In this document: positions 12,029-24,022 of the stretch, one piece after another
Numbering within the stretch: position 1 is the first letter of the stretch
Layout: every line of letters begins with the position of its first letter
Origin: Carcharhinus amblyrhynchos
Lineage: Eukaryota
Length of the DNA stretch: 64,000 nt
Reading direction: 5' to 3'
Assembly (NCBI GenBank): GCA_965287045.1
Contig: OZ336881.1
Coordinates: 81,530,001 to 81,594,000, forward strand
Made by a program: the position numbers and the translations under genes
The notes under the pieces: generated by a model
The model's database searches: none
Told to the model about the DNA's origin: nothing
Seen by the model: only the letters and a program-made list of their open reading frames with translations

Positions 12029-13241
12029 AATTCCATTCCGGACGATCGTGGTGAGTTTGTTATCCCACCAGGTGTTACTGCAGAATCTCTACGACGTTCT
12101 GCTGGAAGAATTTGTCAAAGGTCCGACTCCGAGCGAGGCTTCAGATCGGACGGTAGCTTTTGGAGAGAGCAGGTCAGCCAGCTTCCTGAGGTACATCTCC
12201 ATGCAGAACCTGGCCGTCATCTTCGACCTGCTGCTGGACTCTTACAGAACGGCCAGGGAGTTTGACACCAGGCCTGGCCTGAAGTACCTGCTGATGAGGG
12301 TGTCGGGCGTGGGGGGAGCCGCCAACCTTTACCGCCAGTCAGCCATGAGCTTCAACATTTACTTCCAGGCTCTGGTCTACGCCATTCTGACCAACCAGGA
12401 GAACATCACTGCAGAGCAAGTGAAGAAGATCCTGTACGAGGAGGAAGAGCTCAGCTCGGATTCTTCCCAGCAGTGCTCCTCGGAGGATGAGGATATCTTC
12501 GAGGAGACGGCCCAAGTCAGCCCTCCGAGGGGGAAGGAGAAGAGGCAGTGGCGGGCGCGAGTGCCATCCCTCAGTATCCAGCCTGTCAGCAATGCCGACT
12601 GGGTCTGGCTGGTGAAGAGGCTTCACAAACTGTGCCTGGAGCTCTGTAACAACTACATCCAGCTGCACCTCGACCTGGAGAGCTTGGCAGATGGACCCCT
12701 GGCGCTGCGGGGCGACCCCCTCTTCTTCCTGCCCTCCTGCTACTCCGAAGGCTCCACCCCGTCCACCGGGGGCATGTCGGGCAAGGACACGCCCTCGGAA
12801 GAGAGCGCCAAGTGTCACGCCAAGGAGCCGGCGGCAGAAGACGGGAAGGCCAAAGCACCGGGCAGCGCCCCCTTGAGCCCCAGCGGGGAGAAGAAGGAGG
12901 CCGGCAGGAGGAAGGAATGGTGGGAAAGCGCCGGCAACAAGATCTACACCATCGCCACCGACAAGACCATTAACAAGCTGGTGTTCGAGTACAAGAAACG
13001 CAAACAGCAACACAACCTGACCGCGTTCGTCAAGGACGGGAAGTCGGAGAAGGGGGAGGCGGCAGCCGGGAGGTGCCCGGATTCCCCTCTGCAAAGGCCT
13101 CAGCAGCTGCTGGACCAGGGCCAAATGCGGCACTCGCTCAGCGCGGGGCCTGAGCTGCTCAGGCAGGAGAAACGGCCACGCTCCGGCTCCACCGTCAGCT
13201 CTCTCAGTGTCTCTGTCCGGGACACTGAGGCCCAGATGCAG
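12029..13241 (+). CDS. ARFGEF3: ARFGEF3 large penultimate coding exon
   Basis: ccacAG/GTacag; IPFRTIVVSLLSHQVLLQNLYD...SSQQCSSEDEDIFEETAQVSPPRGKEKRQWRAR...KEWWESAGNKIYT...SLSVSVRDTEAQMQ, very close to recalled BIG3 C-terminal region; 1213 nt, phase 2 to 0. Confidence 0.97.
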
Positions 13242-13356
13242 GTACAGTACTGACCTCGACCCCAGAGGCAAGCTGACCTTTCTCTACACCCTAGCTATGG
13301 CTGTAACGCTACATTCTGCACCCTCTCCTTTCCTTCTCTATGAACAGTATGCTTTA

Positions 13357-14240
13357 AGAACATAATAAGAACATAAGAACATAAGAAATAGGAGCAGGAG
13401 TAGGTCATCTAGCCCCTCGAGCCTGCCCCGCCATTCAATAAGATCATGGCTGATCTGTCGTGGCTCAGTTCCACATTCCCGCCCTCTCCCCATAACCCTT
13501 AATCCCCTCTCTTATCAAAAACCCATCAACCCGCGATTTAAATATATTTAGCGAGGTAGCCTCCACCACTTCAACGGGCAAAGAATTCCAGAGATTCACC
13601 ACCCTTTGAGTGAAGAAGTTCCTCCTCAACTCCGTTCTAAACCGCCCCCCCTCTATCTTGAGGCTGTGCCCCCTAGTCCTACTGTCCTTTCTGAGCGGGA
13701 AGAGCCTCTCCACCTCTATCCTATCCATCCCATTCATCATCTTATACGTCTCAATGAGATCTCCCCTCATTCTTCTAAACTCTAACCAGTACAAGCCTAG
13801 TTTATTCAGCCTCTCCTCATAGCTCAACCCCCTCAACTCCGGTATCAGCCTAGTAAACCTCCTCTGCACTCCCTCCAAGGCCAAAATATCCTTGCGTAAG
13901 TGTGGCGACCAAAACTGCACACAGTACTCCAGCTGCGGCCTCACCAATGCCCTATACAGCTGCAGCAAGACCTCCCTACTTTTATATTCAGTCCCCCTCG
14001 CTATGAAGGCCAGCATCCCATTCGCCTTCCTGACCACCTGCTGCACCTGCAGGCTGGGTTTTTGCGACTCATGCACAAGGACCCCGAGGTCCCTCTGCAC
14101 CGTCACCTGCTGCAGTTTTTCGCCACGTAAATAATAGTCCTTCCTACCATTATTCCTACCAAAGTGGACCTCCTCACACATGCCAACATTAAATTCCATT
14201 TGCCATTTCCTGGCCCATTCGCCCAGCCTATCTAGATCTT
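13357..14240 (-). mobile_element. CR1/HER1-like LINE, 5'-truncated, RT C-terminal frame intact (244-aa ORF)
   Basis: MEFNVGMCEEVHFGR...QRDLGVLVH...[14 protein letters not shown]...WNSLP; near-identical to 2875-3497. Confidence 0.94.
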
Positions 14241-15042
14241 TGTTAGTTTAGCGTGCAAGAAACAATACTTTTCACTGTATCCCAATATCTACTACAGGTT
14301 TTGGGGAGAAAGCAGGATTAGGCTATTGAGTTGGACAATTAGCCACGATCGTGATGAATGGCGGAGCAGACTCGAAGGGCCAAATGGCCTCCTCCTGCTT
14401 CTATCTTCTATGTGACAATAATAAATTAAACTAAATTCAGTTAGTCCGACCCTCTGGGCCCTCCGACATCAGCGTAATTCTTTCTCCCTCACGTAATGCA
14501 CAATTCCCTTTTGAAAGTGACTCGCTATCTCCTCGTTCTTTCCAATTCCTAACCGCTCGTTGTATTAGGAAACTTTCTCTCGCCTTCTCTCTGGTGTTTG
14601 TGCCAATGGCCTTTCGCTCAGTATTTTCCTGGACCCTCCCCCCCCCCCCCCCCCAACAAACCCTCGGTCAATCGTTCCCTCCATTTTGTTCTTTAATTCC
14701 CAGCAACCCCCCTGAGCAGCTCCTGCTCCCGTGTACACCTGGGCAGGAGGGACCCGACGTCCCCGTTTCACCTGAGACTCTCCTCTCGCATGTTTTAAGG
14801 GACAGCAAATCAAACCTGGGCATCATCAAGCTTCTCAGTGAATCCACACCGATTTGGGCCTCAGCGGAGAGTGACGATTGTCCACCCCACGTCCCTGGGC
14901 TGGGGAGACGATCGCTCAGAGACCACCACCCTCTTTGGACTAACAGGGGTGGGCAATGAATCCAGTGTCAAAATCCTCCAGGGATTCTGCTGGTCTTGCT
15001 CTGTATTCCACCCCCCCCGCCACTGTTCCCCAGAGAAGAGCA

Positions 15043-15325
15043 GCATGGTGGCACAGTGGTTAGCACCGCTGCCTCACCCAGGTTCGATTCCTGGCTCGGG
15101 TCACTGTCTGTGTGAAGTTTGCACATTCTCCCCGTGTCTGCGTGGGTTTCCTCTGGGTGCTTCCATTCCCTCCCACAGTCCAAAGATGTGCTGGTTAGGT
15201 GCATTGGCCGTGCTAAATTCTCCCTCAGTGTACCCGAACTTAGTGTTGCGACTCAGGGATTTTCACAGTAACTTCATTGCAGTGTTAATGTAAGCCTACT
15301 TGTGACACTAATAAACAGACTTTAA
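15043..15325 (+). mobile_element. V-SINE with alternative 3' tail
   Basis: same head and core; tail gattttcacagtaacttcattgcagtgttaatgtaagcctacttgtgacactaataaa. Confidence 0.85.
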
Positions 15326-15593
15326 CCTCAAGAAATTACTGGCCGATGTCTTCAGGGGACCAAAGGCATTTTTGTTCTGGAGTTGCTTGTGTTCAAATCC
15401 CTCCAGGGCCCCATCCCTCCCTATCTGTGTAACCTCCTGTAGCCCTACAACCCTCCGAGATCTCTGCTTTCCTGTAATCCTGGCCTCCTGGACATCCGGG
15501 TTTTAATCGCTGCACTAATGCTGACCATGTCTCCAACTCTCTGGGTCTTGAAGTATGGGATTCCCTCCCTAAGTCTCTCCCTCTCTCCTATAT

Positions 15594-15770
15594 AAATTAC
15601 TGCGGATGCTGGAATCCAAAAAAGAGAAAATGCTGGAAAATCTCGGCAGGTCTGGCAGCATCTGTAAGGAGAGGAAAGAGCTGATGTTCCCAGTCCAGAG
15701 GAAGCTTTGGATTCGAAATGTCGACTCTTTTCTCTCCTGACAGATGCTGCCAAAATTTCCGGCATTTTCC
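15594..15770. mobile_element. Second palindromic Penelope-derived family, degenerate
   Basis: arms aaaatgctggaaa..ggcagcatctgt..ggagag..aaagag and ctcttttctctcc..acagatgctgcc..tttccggcatttt; half copy at about 50470-50592. Confidence 0.6.
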
Positions 15771-16403
15771 CTCTCTCGCCTCCTTAAAGCCTGGCACCTT
15801 GACCAAACCATCTGACCTGCCCGAATGTACAAAGAACAAAAACAGCCCGGGAAACAGGCCCAACGAGCCCCCCCCCCCCCGCCATTTTAACATTACCAGT
15901 CCCCCCTCCACCCATCACCCTTATCTATGCTTATGGCATTCCACACTGAGGGGAGACTAATTTAGGGACAATTTGTTACACCAATCGGCCTAAGAGCACA
16001 TCTTTGGGGTGTGGGAGGAAACCGGAGCGCCCGGAGAAAACCCACGCAAGCACGGGGAGAATGCGCAAACTCCCACAGACACCGGCCCAAATCCATGTAT
16101 CTGCACAGCAAACAGTGATAGTCACTGAGCTGTCGTGTTGCCCGTCAGCTGGTCCAGTTTAAGCGCACACTAATGATATGAAGCACTAGGCTATTCTCGA
16201 AACAACCAAGAGCAGCCCTCGTACGACCCGTCGCACGCGTGTGCCCCTCATTGGACAACAAGGCGGACCGACGCACCTGTGGATATCTCCTCACGTGTCT
16301 CAGTGTTTTATTGGTGTTCCTCTGACGCAGCTGGGGAGGGTCTTGCCGTGTGCTGTGTAAGAAGTTGTGTATCCCTGACTAAACTGGCTTTTCCGTTGTA
16401 TAG

Positions 16404-16595
16404 GCCTGGACCAACAAGATCCTGACTGTCCTGAACCAAATCCAGCTGCTGCCAGACCAGACCTTCACCGCGCTACAACCATCGGTGTTCCCGAGCATCA
16501 GCCAGCTCACCTGCCACGTCACCGATGTCCGTGTTCGCCAAGCTGTCAGGGAATGGCTGGGAAGAGTGGGAAGGGTTTACGATATAATTATGTAA
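16404..16595 (+). CDS. ARFGEF3: ARFGEF3 terminal coding exon
   Basis: gtatAG|GCC; AWTNKILTVLNQIQLLPDQTFTALQPSVFPSISQLTCHVTDVRVRQAVREWLGRVGRVYDIIM then TAA. Confidence 0.96.
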   Translation, partial: AWTNKILTVLNQIQLLPDQTFTALQPSVFPSISQLTCHVTDVRVRQAVREWLGRVGRVYDIIM

Positions 16596-16639
16596 AAAAA
16601 GCAGAGAGGAAAGCCGCAAAGGCAACTGGGAGGGGGGAA

Positions 16640-16645
16640 AATAAA
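16640..16645 (+). promoter_or_regulatory. Possible proximal polyadenylation signal of ARFGEF3
   Basis: AATAAA 45 nt after the stop; downstream GU element is weak. Confidence 0.3.
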
Positions 16646-17651
16646 GAAGGAATCTATATTTATGAAGCACACTAGTTCACTTTTAACCTTCAAGTAAATT
16701 ACCCGTCCTGACTGGGAGATATTTTTATCGTTACGTTCCAGTGCCCCAAACTGTTCATTTTTGCCACATTTCCATCAAGGCCCAGCGGCCTAGTCCCCTG
16801 GGAAAATCCTTCAACCCAACCGGGGATCTGTCCCCCTCTCCTCCTTCCGATGCAATCCCTCGGGATCAAGCGTATCATCTTTCCGCTCCCAAGGTGGAAT
16901 TTTGAGTGGAAGCGACCTTGCCTGAACGCGATTTTGTTTTTTCTTTGAGTGTGGGGGGTGGCTGTCCCAGGCAGATTACCCGTCCCAGCTCAGCAGAGAG
17001 GGGCCTGGGTCCGATGGCTAGGATGTTCCGGAGATGTTCCGGAGGCCAGGTTCTCCTGCCAGCACGCTCTGTGCAGGGTCGTACGCACTTGTGGCCAGGG
17101 ATAGAAGCTGAGAAGGCGGCCACCAGATAGGGGCTGAAGGGTGTGGAATGGTTATGATCAGGAAGTCCATGTGGTTTATCTGAGTGAGGGGAGGGGGGGG
17201 GGTTAGTATTTAACCTCATCAGCTGACCACTGACCAGTGGTAGAGTGCAGGGTAAACGACCGAAGGCAGGTCAACAAGGTGAGAGTGGACCGGCATTTCA
17301 GAGTGACCATTTTGGCCCACCTTAGTTTGCCCGTCTAAACAAAAACAAACTCTCAGTCATATTTGGGTGGGACCTACAACGTTGCCAGCCGGACTATTGC
17401 CCCCGATTCTGAGCGCCGCACTTTAGGGAAAGATGTGACTGCGCTGGAGAGAATGCGTAAAAAAAAGGTTCCAGAGATTCGTGGCTTCGGTTCCGTGGCC
17501 AGATTGGAGAAGTTGGGACTTGTTTCCTTGGGGAAAGGAAGATTGAAGGGAGATGTGTTCAAAAACATGGGGGGGACCTGGACAGAGTAGATAGAAACCA
17601 TTAATATAGGATCGAGATTTAAAATGATTGGGAAAAGGAGCAAAAGTGGAT

Positions 17652-20130
17652 CGAGTCTGGGATACACTGTCCGAGAGTGCGGTGGAAGCAGGTTCAGTCA
17701 AGTCTGGAATACACTGTCCGAGAGTGCGGTGGAAGCAGGTTCAGTCGAGTCTGGAATACACTGTCCGAGAGTGCGGTGGAAACAGGTTCAGTCGAGCCTG
17801 GAATACACTGTCCGAGAGTGCGGTGGAGGCAGGTTCAGGTCGAGTCTGGGATACGCTGTCTGAGAGTGTGGCGGAGGCAGGTTCAGTTACATCTGGAATA
17901 CACTGTCCGAGAGTGCGGTGGAGACAGGTTCAGTCGAGTCTGGAATACACTGTCCGAGAGTGTGGTGGAGACAGGTTCAGTCGAGTCTGGGATACACTGT
18001 CCGAAAGTGCGTTGGAAGCAGGTTCAGTCGAGTCTGGAATACACTGTCCGAGAGTGTGTTGGAAGCAGGTTCAGTCGAGTCTGGAATACACTGTCCGAGA
18101 GTGCGGTGGAGACAGGTTCAGTCGAGTCTGGGATACACTGTCCAAAAGTGCGTTGGAAGCAGGTTCAGTCGAGTCTGGAATACACTGTCCGAGAGTGCGG
18201 TGGAGACAGGTTCAGTCAAGTCTGGGATACACTGTCCGAGAGTGCGGTGGAGGCAGGTTCAGTCGAGTCTGGAATACACTGTCCGAGAGTGCGGTGGAGA
18301 CAGGTTCAGTCGAGTCTGGAATACACTGTCCGAGAGTGCGGTGGAGACAGGTTCAGTCGAGTCTGGAATACACTGTCCGAGAGTGCGGCAGACGCAGGTT
18401 CAGTTACGTCTGGAATACGCTGTCCGAGAGTATGGCGGAGGCAGGTTCAGTCGCGTCTGGGATACACTGTCCGAGAGTGCGGCGGAGGCAGGTTCAGTCG
18501 AGTCTGGGATACACTGTCCGAGAGCGTGGCAGAGACAGGTTCAGTTACATTTGGAATACACTGTCTGAGAGTGTGGCGGAGGCAGGTTCAGTCGAGTCTG
18601 GAATACACTGTCCGAGAGTGCAGTGGAAGCAGGTTCAGTCGAGTCTGGAATACACTGTCCGAGAGTGCGGCAGAGGCAGGTTCAGTTACGTGTGGAATAC
18701 GCTGTCCGAGCGCGTGGCAGAGACAGGTTCAGGCGAGTCTGGGATACACTGTCCGAGAATGCGGCGGAGGCAGGTTCAGTTGAGTCTGGAATACACTGTC
18801 CGAGAGTGTGGCAGAGGCATGTTCAGTTACGTTTGGAATACACTGTCCGAGAGTGTGGCGGAGGCAGATTCAGTCGAGTCTGGAATACACTGTCCGAGAG
18901 TGCGGTGGAGACAGGTTCAGTCGAGTCTGGAATACACTGTCCGAGAGTGCGGTGGAGACAGGTTCAGTCGAGTCTGGAATACACTGTCCGAGAGTGCGGT
19001 GGAGACAGGTTCAGTCGAGTCTGGAATACACTGTCCGAGAGTGCGGCAGACGCAGGTTCAGTTACGTCTGGAATACGCTGTCCGAGAGTGCGGTGGAGAC
19101 AGGTTCAGTCGAGTCTGGAATACACTGTCCGAGAGTGCGGCAGACGCAGGTTCAGTTACGTCTGGAATATGCTGTCCGAGAGTATGGCGGAGGCAGGTTC
19201 AGTCGCGTCTGGGATACACTGTCCGAGAGTACGGCGGAGGCAGGTTCAGTCGAGTCTGGGATACACTGTCCGAGAGCGTGGCAGAGACAGGTTCAGTTAC
19301 ATTTGGAATACACTGTCTGAGAGTGTGGCGGAGGCAGGTTCAGTCGAGTCTGGAATACACTGTCCGAGAGTGCAGTGGAAGCAGGTTCAGTCGAGTCTGG
19401 AATACACTGTCCGAGAGTGCGGCAGAGGCAGGTTCAGTTACGTGTGGAATACGCTGTCCGAGCGCGTGGCAGAGACAGGTTCAGGCGAGTCTGGGATACA
19501 CTGTCCGAGAATGCGGCGGAGGCAGGTTCAGTCGAGTCTGGGATACACTGTCCGAGAGTGCGGCGGAGGCAGGTTCAGTTACGTTTGGAATACACTGTCC
19601 GAGAGTGTGGCGGAGGCAGATTCAGTCGAGTCTGGAATACACTGTCCGAGAGTGCGGTGGAGGCAGGTTCAGTCGAGTCTGGAATACACTGTCCGAGAGT
19701 GCGGCAGACGCAGGTTCAGTTATGTCTGGAATACACTGTCTGAGAGTGCAGTGGAAGCAGGTTCAGTAACACCTGGAATACACTGTATGAGTGCGGCGGA
19801 AGCAGGTTCAGTCGAGTCTGGAATACACTGTCTGAGAGTGCGGCGGAGGCAGGTTCAGTCGAGCCTGGAATACACTGTCCGAGAGTGCGGTGGAGGCAGG
19901 TTCAGTCGAGCCTGGAATACACTGTCCGAGAGTGCGGCAGACGCAGGTTCAGTTATGTCTGGAATACACTGTCTGAGAGTGCGTGGAGACAGGTTCAGTC
20001 GAGTCTGGGATACACTGTCCGAGAGTGCGGTGGAGACAGGTTCAGTCGAGTCTGGGATACACTGTCCGAGAGTGCGGTGGAGGCAGGTTCAGTCTGGAAT
20101 GCACTGTCCGAGTGCGGTGGAAGCAGGTTT
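17652..20130 (+). repeat. 47-bp minisatellite, about 52 copies, inside a CR1 fragment
   Basis: unit CGAGTCTGGAATACACTGTCCGAGAGTGCGGTGGAAGCAGGTTCAGT; period 47 (17654 to 17701). Confidence 0.97.
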
Positions 20131-20449
20131 AGTGAAAAGGGAATTAGATTGCTGTCTGGAAAGGATGAATGTCCAGGATTAGGCGGGAAATGTGACCTAC
20201 TCATTTGGCCTGCTAGTACAGACACAATGGACCAAATGGCCTTCTGTAAGAATTCCATGAATGTGTGAAGTGGGAAGAGGTGGATTGTTATCCCGTTATT
20301 TACGCCACCCAATTTATCTTTCCATTGGAGTTGGTATTAGATACACACACAGCAAGGAATGTGGGCCTGCAAACCTTTCGAAAACCTAATAATAATATCA
20401 CACGGGGAGAATAAGGTTGCTAGGATCTCTCTTCCTAACAGCGACCCAA

Positions 20450-20785
20450 GCTGGGTGTACTGAGCACTGAGGTGGTGCTGCACTGTCAGAGGTGCCTTCT
20501 TTGAGATAAGACATTGAACCGAGGCCCCGTCATGGGAGTACGGAAATGATCCCCTGGCACTATTCGGCAGGAAAGCAGGGGAATTCTCCCCGGTGTCCGA
20601 GCTAATATTTCTCCCTCGATTCTCACAACTAAAAGCGAAGCAGGTCATCTGGTCAATGTCACATTTCTGTTAGTGGGATCTTGCTGTGCATGAATTGCCC
20701 GCTGCATTTCCCATAACCACAATGGAGGCTAAACTTCAAAAACAATTCATTGGCTGCAAAGCAGCTCTGGAAGCCTTCCCACAGA
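20450..20785 (+). mobile_element. Deu-domain SINE (SacSINE1/AmnSINE1-like)
   Basis: gtgggatcttgctgtgcatgaattg..gctgcatttcc...cttcaaaa..cattggctg; other copies at about 23700-24022, 29590-29700, 49550-49835 (-), 57835-58165. Confidence 0.72.
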
Positions 20786-21961
20786 GTCAAAAAAAGGTTT
20801 ACAGCATGGAAACAGGCCCTTTGGCCCAACTTGTCCATGCCCACCCTTCATTTTTAACCACTCAGCTCATCCCAATTGCCTGTGTTTAGCCCATATCCCT
20901 CTATATCCATCTTACCCGTGTAACTGTCTAAATGCTTCTTGAAAGACAAAATTGTCCTCGCCTCTACTACCATCTCGGGCAACACTTTCAGACCACGTAC
21001 CACCCTCAGTGAAAAAAAAATTGCCTCTCTGGACCCTTTTGTATCTCTCCCCATCTCACCTTAAACTTCTGCCGTCTAATTTTATACTCCCTTACCTTTG
21101 GGAAAAGATGTTGACTGTCTAGCTGACCTGTGTCCCTCATTATTTTGTAGACCTTTATTAAGATCACCCCCCCCCCCCCCCCCACACTCAGCTTCCTAGG
21201 CTCCAGGAGAAAAAGTCCCAGCCTCAAACCTTCAAGTCCCAGTAGCAGCCTAGTAAATCTTTTCTGCACTCTTTCTAGTTTAATAATATCCTTTTCTATA
21301 ATAGGGGTGACCAGAACTGTACACCGTATTCCATTCTGAAACGCAGGGTGTCATTGCAAATCCCTGTTCTTTGGCGGAACGGCATATTGCACTAACAGAA
21401 AGTGGGGAGGGGGGGGGGGGGTCGTAGACCTTGTCTTTTGAGTTGGTCACCCAGACACAGCCTGATACTGGTGGGACAGAATCTATGTTCCCCTGAGGTT
21501 GGGGGGGATGTTGGTGGTGGGTTGTTAAGATTCAAATGGACGTAACTTGAAGCTTTCCACTTTATACCTGAAATCCCAGTGACAACCTGTCAGCCTCTGT
21601 GCTGCTGACGACAGTATTTTTTCACCCTGGGTCAAATCCAAACCGTGTACGACATTGTCCCGTTCAATTAATGTGCTCATCCTGTCCGGCTTTTGTAGCT
21701 GCTGCAAAAAGAATTCTCCTTTTCCCTCACCTTTTAGTTTATAGTGTATTTGTGTTTCTCGGCTGTCTGCCGTTTTAAGTTGCCGTTTGGCTGGTCAGAA
21801 TGTTACTGCAATTTATGCGTAAGTTACGTTGAGAAAGAAAAATGTCATTTGTGTATATTTTCCTGCTGTCGAGAGTGGTCCAAATGTGCCACCGTGAATT
21901 CAGAACTCCAGTTTAATAAGCAGTTGTGGGATGATCTGTATTTCTGTTGCTTGTATTGTAG

Positions 21962-21967
21962 AATAAA
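21962..21967 (+). promoter_or_regulatory. Probable distal polyadenylation signal of ARFGEF3
   Basis: AATAAA preceded by a U-rich non-repeat block with TGTA motifs (tgtattgta) and followed by a U/GU-rich tract. Confidence 0.55.
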
Positions 21968-22354
21968 CCTGCGGGTGCATATCGTAACCCCGGCTACACC
22001 GTCTTATTATTTTTCTGTCAGGTTGCCGTGTGTTGGGGAGTGGAAGGTTGTGGGTTCTCGTTCCCCTTTCTAGACCCTCACCGGGGATCAGTTACTGGGA
22101 TGGGGTGATGGAGCCCCCAAGATGGGTCTTAGGCAGCTTCCAGCCTACAAACCTTTGCTGACTGAGCAATGGGAGCTGGAGGCTGGATTAGGGGAGCTGG
22201 TGGTGGGATTAGGGGAGCTGGAGGCTGGATTAGAGGAACTGTGTGGTGAACAGGTTAAGCAGCAACCTGCACTGAATCATATTGAGCAGAACCAGCCGAG
22301 GCTCGTCTCACAACATCTAAAATACTTGGGGGGGGGTGGGGTTACTGCGATACT

Positions 22355-22850
22355 GACACTAAGGGTCAATTTAGCATGGCCAATCCACCTATACCACACA
22401 TCTTTGGAGTGTGGGAGGAAACCAGAGCACTCGGAGGAAACCCACGTTGACACGGAGTGAATGGTGGCACAGTGGTTAGCACTGCTGCCTCACAGCGCCA
22501 GGGACCTGGGTTTGATTCCCAGCTTGGGTCACTGTCTGTGCAGAGTCAGCACATTCTCCCCATGTCTGCGTGGGTTTCCTCCGGGTGCTTTGGTTTGCAT
22601 CCACATCCAAAAGATGTGCTGGTTAGGTGTATTGACCGTGCTAAATTCTCCCTCAATGTACCCGAACAGAGTACAGAGTGTGGCAACCAGGTGATTTTCA
22701 CAGTAACTTCATTGCAGCATTAATGTAAGCCTACTTGTAACATAAATAAACTTTACATGTGCAAACACCATAGAGACAGTGATCCAAGCTGAGAATCGAA
22801 CCTGGGTCCCTGATGCTGTGAGCCAGCAGTGCTAACCACTGTGCCACCAA
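22355..22850. mobile_element. Nested SINEs: + alternative-tail V-SINE (22462-22755) inside a - HE1-like SINE
   Basis: outer copy breaks at gacacgga and resumes at atgtgcaaac. Confidence 0.85.
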
Positions 22851-24022
22851 TTGGATTGATTGGATAACTCAATCAAAGATCCTGCACCAACATGTTGGGC
22901 AGAATGGTCTCTTTCTATGTGTTTTCACTTGGGTAGTTTATACCTACAGGCGGTGGGAGCACAGTGACAGTGGGATTGGAGTTTTATCTCCTGTGTGTTG
23001 TCACTGGCACAAATACCAACAATCAATACTGAGTGTCCAGGGGAAGTGTGGCTTAGCCGCACATCTCAATCCCACACATCCGTCAATCCTTGATTGCCAG
23101 TGAAGCCAGGAGACTGGTTCTGGCTCAATGAGGAGTGTAGGAGCAGCAGAGGGGTGCCGACTGTGGTTTTGGAGGACTCATCACACTCGGGCAGTTGGGA
23201 CTAGCTTTAGGGATTAAAAACTGGGCAGCATGGACAGGTTGGGCCGAAGGTCCTGTTTCCGTACTGTAAACCTTTACGACTTTCCCTGTGATCCAGTCAC
23301 CGTCGGCCAATACAATCCATCCTTGTGACACATGCCCTTCCTACACCAACTGGAAAGCAAAGAACTCTTTATCCCATTGGATGATGTTTGACAGTTGACC
23401 AAATGACCTATTTAGCCGACAGGCATCATCCAGATCCCAACAATGAACCAAACCTGCTCTGCAGAGCTCAGCAAAACCTCTGTCCTGTTCCTCGGTGTCT
23501 TGAATAACTTATTCAGATGCTTTCAATTGCGCAGAGCAGATGCAGAAACATTTAGATAAAAGCAAATTACTGTGGCTGTTCACCACCAAGACTCCAGTGA
23601 AAGCATCTGAATAAGTGATAAACCTGACGGGATTTCCCCAGGTCCAGTCCTTTGCACCAAGTAAACTTCAGCTGGTCTCAATACAGAAATGCAAATACTA
23701 AAATCTCTCAATTTAACCGTCACAACACAGTCAGAGTTGACATCTTTCTGCGGAGAATTAGAACCACGGCCCTCTCAGACGGGTGTAAAAGATTCCCATG
23801 GCACTGATTGGAAGAAGAGTGGGCAGCTTTGCCCCCTGTTATTACCCACATTATAAACGAAAGGCGATCTCGGTCATTGCTGCCCGTGGGATCTTGCTGT
23901 GCACAGATCGGCCGCTGTGTTTCCTCCAACGTGGCAGTGACCGCACCTCGGGAAGTACTTCCTCCGTTGGCTGTCGTGCTGTGGGACGTCCTGAGGTTGT
24001 GACGCATGCCACGTAAATTAAT

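Noticed and set aside
17652-20130. CRISPR-like array
   Set aside because: Head-to-tail units with no unique spacers, no cas genes, vertebrate context
17628-20182. 713-aa and 519-aa repetitive ORFs
   Set aside because: They arise because the 47-bp unit lacks stops in all + frames; starts are non-ATG, variant stops occur in every frame, and the unit is LINE-derived
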